From an uncultured delta proteobacterium (GTDB lineage Bacteria; Myxococcota; UBA727; VGSZ01): a DNA stretch of 64,000 nucleotides. The notes beneath the pieces were generated by a model. The model saw only the letters and a list, made by a program, of their open reading frames with translations, was not told where the DNA came from and searched no databases. Position numbers and translations under genes: made by a program. How positions within the stretch are numbered: position 1 is the stretch's first letter; each line of letters begins with the position of its first letter. The stretch covers positions 448,001 through 512,000 of the forward strand of contig CAVZJB010000016.1 of assembly GCA_963775425.1 (NCBI GenBank), in the 5' to 3' direction. Below, one piece after another: positions 1-6,799 of this stretch.

Positions 1-906
<906 letters not shown>

Positions 907-970
907 GATGCGCTCCGCTCCGAGGTTGTTCGCGCCCTCTAGGCCGCGCTCATCTCCTGCGCAACTGGCA

Positions 971-1000
971 TTGACACCCGGGCATCAGCACCCTTAGTTA
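971..1000 (+). promoter_or_regulatory. Putative sigma70 promoter for the tRNA cluster
   Basis: Perfect TTGACA at 971-976 and an AT-rich TTAGTTA 17-18 bp later, just before tRNA-Thr at 1010; the -10 match is weak. Confidence 0.55.
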
Positions 1001-1009
1001 TGCGCCGAC

Positions 1010-1085
1010 GCTGGCGTAGCTCAGCTGGTAGAGCATCTGCCTTGTAAGCAGGGGGTCACGGGTTCAAGTCCCGTCGCCAGCTCCA
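1010..1085 (+). tRNA. tRNA-Thr(UGU)
   Basis: GCTGGCG/CGCCAGC acceptor stem, anticodon loop CT-TGT-AA, GGTTCAAGTCC T-arm, encoded CCA; 76 nt. Confidence 0.98.
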
Positions 1086-1126
1086 CCGGCCGAGAACCAC
1101 GACGGCGAGGAGGTGCGGAAGGTTTC

Positions 1127-1212
1127 GGTGGGGTACCCAAGTGGCCAACGGGAGCAGACTGTAAATCTGCCGTCGATAGACTTCGTAGGTTCGAATCCTA
1201 CCCCCACCACCA
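1127..1212 (+). tRNA. tRNA-Tyr(GUA)
   Basis: GGTGGGG/CCCCACC stem, anticodon loop CT-GTA-AA, long variable arm, GGTTCGAATCC, CCA; 86 nt. Confidence 0.98.
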
Positions 1213-1234
1213 ACGACGACGAGGAGCACAGCGC

Positions 1235-1310
1235 GCGGGGATAGCTCAGCTGGTAGAGCATCAGCCTTCCAAGCTGGATGTCGCGGGTTCGAATCCCGTT
1301 CCCCGCTCCA
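1235..1310 (+). tRNA. tRNA-Gly(UCC)
   Basis: GCGGGGA/TCCCCGC stem, anticodon loop CT-TCC-AA, GGTTCGAATCC, CCA. Confidence 0.98.
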
Positions 1311-1341
1311 GTGTTTTGCCCCAGCCCGGCGGGGGCGAGAT

Positions 1342-1417
1342 GCTGCCATAGCTCAGATGGCAGAGCGCGTCCTTGGTAAGGACGAGGTCCCCAGTTCAAT
1401 CCTGGGTGGCAGCTCCA
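1342..1417 (+). tRNA. tRNA-Thr(GGU)
   Basis: GCTGCCA/TGGCAGC stem, anticodon loop CT-GGT context CCTTGGTAAGG, AGTTCAATCCT T-arm, CCA. Confidence 0.98.
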
Positions 1418-1421
1418 GTGG

Positions 1422-1451
1422 GAACCCCGCAGCAATGCGGGGTTCTTTTTT
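1422..1451 (+). terminator. Rho-independent terminator after the tRNA cluster
   Basis: GAACCCCGCA-GCAA-TGCGGGGTTC followed by TTTTTT. Confidence 0.9.
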
Positions 1452-1499
1452 GGGATGCATCGGCATCACGTGTTGGGGTCGGGGCCGAATTCGGCCGAA

Positions 1500-1602
1500 C
1501 CCCAACGGCCAACCCCAACAAACCGCCGGGCAGCGAGCCCAGCGCGGCGTCGAGCGCCTTGTGCTTCTCGTCCAGGGACACGTGGTTGTAGTGCTCATTT
1601 GT
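1500..1602 (-). pseudogene. Probable C-terminal remnant of a tyrosine integrase
   Basis: Reads TNEHYNHVSLDEKHKALDAAL, resembling the (M)TxHYxHV..EK..A tail that carries the catalytic Tyr in phage integrases. It points toward the tRNA att site; the rest of the gene is absent. Confidence 0.5.
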
Positions 1603-1832
1603 GAACCTCCCCTGCGGCGTGCCGGGTGAGATCCCATCGCCCGGCCCCTCCCCGTGACCGCGCACGTGAGCCGCACGCGCTTGCCGTACACGTGGCCGCT
1701 CCCCGCTCGCCCATCTCGCTGAGCCGCGCCCAACGCTCGCAGCAACCTGATCGATGTTCTGGGTCGCCGCCGAGCGGTCCCTCTCGCTTTCAGCGTCGCG
1801 GAGAGCGGCCGCGCGCTGCGTGCGTCTCTCGC

Positions 1833-2111
1833 TCACTTCCAGTCGCTTCTTCCGTCGAGGACACCGAGGACCGAGACTTCGCCTCGGTTGTCGCTCACGA
1901 CGTAGACGAGGATGAAGGGCGTTCCGCCGACGATGAGCTCGCGGGTGCCAGCGACGGCACCAGCACGACCGAGCTCGGGGTGCTCCTCGAGGTGCACGGC
2001 GATGGCGAAGAGTCGAGCGGCGACGGCTTTCGCCTTGTCCTTGTTCTTGTAGCGGTGTCGAATCTGCGTGACGTCGGAGAGAGCCCGTCTTCACCACCTT
2101 ACTCGGGGCAC
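1833..2111 (-). pseudogene. RelE/ParE-family toxin with a nonsense codon at codon 7
   Basis: GTG at 2111 gives MPRVRW*RRALSDVTQIRHRY...HLEEHPELGRAGAVAGTRELIVGGTPFILVYVV...VSVLGVLDGRSDWK*; in-frame TGA at 2091-2093; start overlaps the antitoxin stop. Confidence 0.85.
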
Positions 2112-2287
2112 GAGGGCGGGTCTTTCTCGTCGTCGCTCCCCCAGCTCTCGAGCCAGGCCTTCATCGCCGCGTTGTCGACGGTGCGCCCTGCGGCGACATC
2201 AGCGAGGCCTTCCTGAACGATCTTGCGCCGTTCGTCGAGCAAGCCCACAAGATCGTTGACGAGATCGTCGACCGACTTGCCTCGCCG
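2099..2287 (-). pseudogene. N-terminally truncated CopG/RHH-type antitoxin
   Basis: RRGKSVDDLVNDLVGLLDERRKIVQEGLADVAAGRTVDNAAMKAWLESWGSDDEKDPPSCPE*, a typical C-terminus of RelE/ParE-partner antitoxins. Upstream the frame enters the att repeat and hits a stop. Confidence 0.75.
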
Positions 2288-2346
2288 GTCCTTGGTAAGG
2301 ACGAGGTCCCCAGTTCAATCCGGGGTGGCAGCTCCAGTGGGAACCC
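2288..2346 (+). repeat. Duplicated 3' half of tRNA-Thr(GGU) (att-like site)
   Basis: GTCCTTGGTAAGGACGAGGTCCCCAGTTCAATCCGGGGTGGCAGCTCCAGTGGGAACCC matches 1369-1427 except one T>G in the T-stem. Confidence 0.95.
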
Positions 2347-2384
2347 GGCGCCGTCTCTTCGGAGATCGCGCCGGGTTCTTTTTT
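2341..2384 (+). terminator. Rho-independent terminator after the tRNA-fragment copy
   Basis: GAACCCGGCGC...TCTC-TTCG-GAGA...GCGCCGGGTTC followed by TTTTTT. Confidence 0.85.
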
Positions 2385-2600
2385 GGGATGGAAGCCCAAT
2401 GGCCAAGCCCCGCGCACCACCAAGAAGCGGCCGAAGCGCGCGTGCCCCTTCGCCCGCGCGTGCATTGCTCTCAGGGCGTGGCGCCCGCGAGCGAGGACGC
2501 TTCTCTCTCGCCGCGGATCATCAACAGTGCGTCTGACACGCGAGGAGGTCGAAGAGCTCGTGGCGCCGAGTCGCCGCTCCTTATCTCGGCGAAAAAGGCC

Positions 2601-2614
2601 GGGACAAATGTCCC
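2601..2614. promoter_or_regulatory. Palindromic operator candidate
   Basis: GGGACA-AA-TGTCCC inverted repeat about 80 bp upstream of the 2693 gene, which is followed by a Crp/Fnr regulator. Confidence 0.4.
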
Positions 2615-2692
2615 ACGGCGCCGCGAGCCGCACGCGACCAGCACCGAAAACCTGCTTGCGCCGCACGCCGCGTCGCAACCCTGGAGGCTCCC

Positions 2693-3664
2693 GTGACCGT
2701 CATCCGCATCGCCACCGACCCCCGCAGTTGGCTCTCGGCGCAACGCTTCGCCGAAGATCATGGGCTCGCCAGGCTGGGCCAGAAGAAGCTCGCGACGATG
2801 GCCGACGACGCCGGGGTGGTGCACCTCGACGAGCTCCAGCGCCTGGCCCGCGTTGCCGCGGTGGACGACGACGGCGTGCTCAGCCGCGCCGAGGCGCAAC
2901 GCGTCTCCGCCTACGTGCGCGACCGCCGCGCGCCCATCGTCGGCAGCGCGAACAGCTCGGCCGTGACCGCGCGCGCAGTGAAGCGCGCGCCGGTGACGGG
3001 CTACATCGCGATCGATCACAGAGCCGAGGGCAAGGACCTCGTCTTCACCCTCGACATCAGCAAACACCCGGGCACCGGCGAATACGCCAAGCGCATCGTG
3101 CTCGAGGGCGTGGCGCCGAACGAGCGCGACGACGCCACGGCCGTCAGCGTCGAGCGCTACGGCACGCGCGGGGAGAACGCGTCCGCGGGCTACGCCCGGG
3201 GCGGCGCGGGCGCGGGATACATCGTCGGCATCGCCGACAAGGACAAAGGCGCCATCCTCGTGAACCTCAGCGCGGCGGGCGCGCTCGCCGGCGACGCACC
3301 GGATGCGCGGACGTTGTTCACCCCCGCGGCGCTCGCGCGTCACCCGGCGGTCCAGACCTACGCGCGCAAGCACGGGCTCGACCCGCGGGCGGTCCACGTC
3401 GAGGTCCTCGAGGTCTCGTTCCACTCCGACTTCGTGGACAGGAGCCGCGGTCCGCGCGCTTCGCACGCCGGGCTCCACACGCTGTTGCTCTCGCTCGAGC
3501 TCACGCAGGAGGGCTCTCGCAAAGAGCCGCGCCGCGTGGAGATGAGCGCGCTCGTCGAGGGCAACGTCACCGAGCCCCTCGCCAAGCTCGACGTCGAGCA
3601 CCTCGAGCCCGGCGCCAAGATCGTCGCCGGCTTCGTCTACCCGTCGGCGGTCACGATCGCGTGA
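2693..3664 (+). CDS. Hypothetical protein (323 aa)
   Basis: Native-looking codon usage, GGAGG upstream of the GTG start, EF-hand-like DDDGVLSRAE near the N-terminus; no family recognised. Confidence 0.7.
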   Translation: MTVIRIATDPRSWLSAQRFAEDHGLARLGQKKLATMADDAGVVHLDELQRLARVAAVDDDGVLSRAEAQRVSAYVRDRRAPIVGSANSSAVTARAVKRAPVTGYIAIDHRAEGKDLVFTLDISKHPGTGEYAKRIVLEGVAPNERDDATAVSVERYGTRGENASAGYARGGAGAGYIVGIADKDKGAILVNLSAAGALAGDAPDARTLFTPAALARHPAVQTYARKHGLDPRAVHVEVLEVSFHSDFVDRSRGPRASHAGLHTLLLSLELTQEGSRKEPRRVEMSALVEGNVTEPLAKLDVEHLEPGAKIVAGFVYPSAVTIA

Positions 3665-3683
3665 GGCCGTGTAGGCTCGCCCT

Positions 3684-4415
3684 GTGAACGAGGCGCTCCC
3701 CTGGCTCCGTCGCATCCCCGCGTTCGCGCACGCAAAGGACGGTGCGCTCGCGCGCGCTGCGGCGGAGTCGGAGGTGCGGCACTACCCGGCGCGCCAGCAG
3801 GTGGTGCGCGCCGGAGCAGCGCAGACCCATGTGCTCATCGTCGCGCAAGGTGCACTGCGCCTGTACCGGCGAAACCGCGAGGCCAAGACGGAGATCCTCG
3901 TGGCGGTCGTCACCGCGCCTGCCACGTTCGGCGACGCCGAGCTCTACGCGCACAGCCCGTGGATGGTCTCCGCCGCCGCCGTCGCCGACACCCTCGTCGT
4001 GCACATGCCAAACGCCGCGTACGACGGGCTCGTCGCCGGAGACGGCGCGGCAGCCGCTGCATTGTACCGCGAGGCGTGCGTGCGCCTCCTCCTCGCCGTC
4101 CAGGTCATGCAAGTGCACGGGCTTCAGAAGGTGCGGCACAAGATCCTGCGCCTGTTGTGGGACGCGGCGGCGACGCCGGAGCGCGGAGCGCGTCGAGTGG
4201 CGTCGCTGTCGCAGGTCGACCTCGCCGACGCGCTCGGGGTCAACCGCAAGACCATCGCGCGCAACCTGCGCGACCTCGAGAGTGACGGCCTCATCCGCCG
4301 CGACGGCGCCGCCGTGGAGCTGCTGCTCGCCGAGGGAGATCTGCCGTGGAAACCGCTCGCCGGCACGGACGCGAACGCGCGGTGGAAGCTGCCGCGGCCA
4401 CGCCGGAGCTCGTAG
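3684..4415 (+). CDS. Crp/Fnr family transcriptional regulator
   Basis: cNMP-binding-like domain (LIVAQGALRLYR...FGDAEL) and C-terminal HTH LSQVDLADALGVNRKTIARNLRDLESDGLI. Confidence 0.9.
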   Translation: MNEALPWLRRIPAFAHAKDGALARAAAESEVRHYPARQQVVRAGAAQTHVLIVAQGALRLYRRNREAKTEILVAVVTAPATFGDAELYAHSPWMVSAAAVADTLVVHMPNAAYDGLVAGDGAAAAALYREACVRLLLAVQVMQVHGLQKVRHKILRLLWDAAATPERGARRVASLSQVDLADALGVNRKTIARNLRDLESDGLIRRDGAAVELLLAEGDLPWKPLAGTDANARWKLPRPRRSS

Positions 4416-4495
4416 ATCGTTTGTCCGAAGCGCGAGCCCGCTCGCCCGCACGGGGCGCGCGGCGGGGCCCCGGAGCGGGTGTAGGATGCCGTGCC

Positions 4496-4984
4496 ATGGG
4501 AACAGCCATCGTCGTCGCTCTCTTCGCGGGCATCGCCGTGATGGCCGGTGTCGGCATCGCTTTGCGGACCAGGGCGCGCTCGTTCTTCGAGCGGGAGGGC
4601 TTCAAGCGCCTGCCCGAGTGCCCCGTCACGCTGCCGCTGCCGGGTCACGTGAGCGTGCTCGACTGCTTCTCGGGTGAGCTGTGGCCGGGTCGCTCGGCGA
4701 TCCTGTTCCTCGCCACGTCCCACCCGCCCTCGGCGGGCTGGTCCACGCCCGTCCACGCCGTCGGCGTCTACCTCGCGCCCGAGGCGCGCCTGCCGGACGG
4801 CTGGCTCGACGCGTGGGCCCAGCGCGTGAAGCCCCACGCCGAGACCACCGACGCCCCTGCCCTCGCGGAGCGTGATGACAAGGGCGGCTCCGTCGTGCTG
4901 TGGCACGTCCTCGACAGCGAGAAGAACGCGAAGGACGTCCTCGGCGCGCTGCGCGCGAGCCCGCCCGCGGCGCGCACAGCTTGA
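4496..4984 (+). CDS. Hypothetical membrane-anchored protein
   Basis: ATG at 4496, N-terminal TM helix MGTAIVVALFAGIAVMAGVGIAL. Confidence 0.6.
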   Translation: MGTAIVVALFAGIAVMAGVGIALRTRARSFFEREGFKRLPECPVTLPLPGHVSVLDCFSGELWPGRSAILFLATSHPPSAGWSTPVHAVGVYLAPEARLPDGWLDAWAQRVKPHAETTDAPALAERDDKGGSVVLWHVLDSEKNAKDVLGALRASPPAARTA

Positions 4985-5040
4985 CGGCTTCGTCGAGGCG
5001 CACGCGCCGATCCCCGGGCGGCGCGGCGCAGCCCGTGGCG

Positions 5041-6020
5041 TCAGCGATGGTGGCTCGTCGCGCCCGGCACGACCGCCATCTCGACGACGTGCGACAGCGG
5101 GAGCTGCGTGTACGACGCGCCTCCGTCCCAGCGAAAGACGTCGTACGCGTCGGCGAACACCACGGCGCCTGAGGGCTCAAGGGCCAGCGCGGCGACCGGA
5201 GTCGATGACGGGTTCGTGAACACAACGTCGACGCTGCCGGTGACACCGAGGTGCGCGACCTGCGCGGAGTCGTCGTCGGAAAAGAGCGCGCCGCCGTCGG
5301 GGGACGCAGCCACGCGGTCCGGCGACTCGATGCCCACGACCGGCGTGGTTGCGCCCGTGGCGACGTCCACCCGAACGCCCGGCTTGAAGCCCGCGGCGGA
5401 GTTGCTCGCGCGCATGGTCGCGATCGCGGCGCCGTCCGCGAGCGTCGTGACGTCGCCGACGCCCGTGACGTGGGCGAGCTCGGCGATCCGCCCCGTCGGC
5501 TCCGCGCGGAAGACGGCGTTTGCGCCCGTGTCGGCGACGAGGAGCGCCCCCGTATGGTCGACGTCGATGCCGCAGGGATTCCGCAGCGGACTCCCCTCGC
5601 GAATCAAGTGTTTGACGCCGTTTTGCGGATTGACGTCGATCAGCTTGCCGTCGTCGACGAACCAGGTCGTCGATGCGCCGGCGTCGGCGACGACGATGTC
5701 GCAGCTCGCGGTCACCACGAGATCCTGCGGCTCTCCAACAGCCCGCCGGCCGCGATCACGCTCGAAGCTCCGGTGTCGGGATCCAAGACGATGATGCGCG
5801 GCACCGAGCCGGAGGCGTCGATCGCGACGATGTCTCCCGCGCGAAGCGAGGGGCAGGCATCGCACGCGTCCCCGCGCCCGTCGCCGTCAACGTCCGCCTG
5901 CGCGGCGTTCGGGACGTCGACGCAGTTGTCGGTGACGTCCGCGACGCCGTCGGCGTCGAGGTCCTGCGCCGGGTCGCCCCCGCCCTCGCAGGTGCCGGTG
6001 CCGCAGCGGCCGGCCCACGC
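5041..6020 (-). pseudogene. Thrombospondin type-3 repeat plus NHL-like beta-propeller protein, frameshifted near 5730 and lacking a clear 5' end
   Basis: DLDADGVADVTDNCVDVPNAAQADVDGDGRGDACD (TSP3) in one frame continues as PQDLVV...PCGIDVD...LLVADTG (propeller blades) in another; one base missing at GAG AGC [C]CG CAG. Confidence 0.65.
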
Positions 6021-6039
6021 ACCACGGCTCCTTTCGCGC

Positions 6040-6325
6040 AGGCGCACCTGTGGATCGTCTCGGTCGGATCCACCGATCCGCTCGTGCGACGCCAGCACTA
6101 CGCGCAGGCCGTCGCCCTGCGCGCCAAGCTCGACGCGCGCGATCGGGCGCTCCCCGACGGCTTCGAGCCTGCGGTGCGCGAGCCGCCGGACCTTGGCGAG
6201 TCCGCGCGGCGCCTCGAAGGTGCGGTGAAGCGTTTCCCCGACGATGCCGAGCTGCTCATCTTCCTCGCGGCCGCCTACTACGAGCTCGGCGAGCCACAGC
6301 GGGTGATCGACGTCGCGGAGCGTTC
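6040..6325 (+). pseudogene. TPR-like protein fragment
   Basis: ARRLEGAVKRFPDDAELLIFLAAAYYELGEPQRVIDVAERSL is TPR-like; no credible start or own stop. Confidence 0.4.
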
Positions 6326-6780
6326 GCTGGGGGCGGTTTGTGGCGCGTCGACAACGCCGCCGACGCCGAAGACATCACCCATGACGCGTTTGCCATCTTC
6401 TTCGAGCATTACCAGGCCGGCCGGTTCGACCGCGCGCGGCCGGTGCGTCCATACGTGACGGGGATCGCCGTCCACCTCGCGCTCAAGGGCGCGAGCCGCC
6501 GGTCCCGCGAGGTGCCGCTCCACGGCGACGCGGGTGCCACGCCACCCGACCCGATCGAGGACGCGGACGCCGAGCGTCTGCTCCACGAGCTCCGCGCCCG
6601 GCTCACCGACGAGGAGCGGCGTGTCCTCGACGCGCGCATCGAAGACCCCGGGGAAACCAAGCCACGCTCGGCGCTCGCCTGGGGCTGTCGCGCCAACAGG
6701 TGGTCCGACGCATCGCCGACATCCGGCGCGCGTCCCGCCCGTTCCTTCGGAAAAACGGCTGGCTCCCGCAGTGTGGCTGA
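6310..6780 (+). pseudogene. ECF sigma factor fragment (regions 2-4), frameshifted near 6650
   Basis: DAEDITHDAF...FDRARPVRPYVTGIAVHLAL (region 2)...LTDEERRVL, then a shifted frame NQATLGARLGLSRQQVVRRIADIRR...FLRKNGWL (region 4 HTH) to TGA 6780; N-terminus missing. Confidence 0.7.
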
Positions 6781-6799
6781 GGGCTCCGGGGGAGCGGCG

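Larger units (their letters stand above)
1369..2346. mobile_element. Decayed integrative element remnant at tRNA-Thr(GGU), bounded by att-like direct repeats
   Basis: 1369-1427 is repeated at 2288-2346 (58/59 identical). The interval holds an integrase-like C-terminal fragment and a broken toxin-antitoxin pair. Confidence 0.8.

Noticed and set aside
2091-2093. Selenocysteine or recoded TGA in the toxin
   Set aside because: The position is not a Cys site, no convincing SECIS is seen, TGA is a normal stop throughout the window, and the partner antitoxin is also broken.
2288-2337. Fifth functional tRNA
   Set aside because: It lacks the 5' acceptor strand and D-arm and has a T-stem mismatch; it is an att-type fragment.
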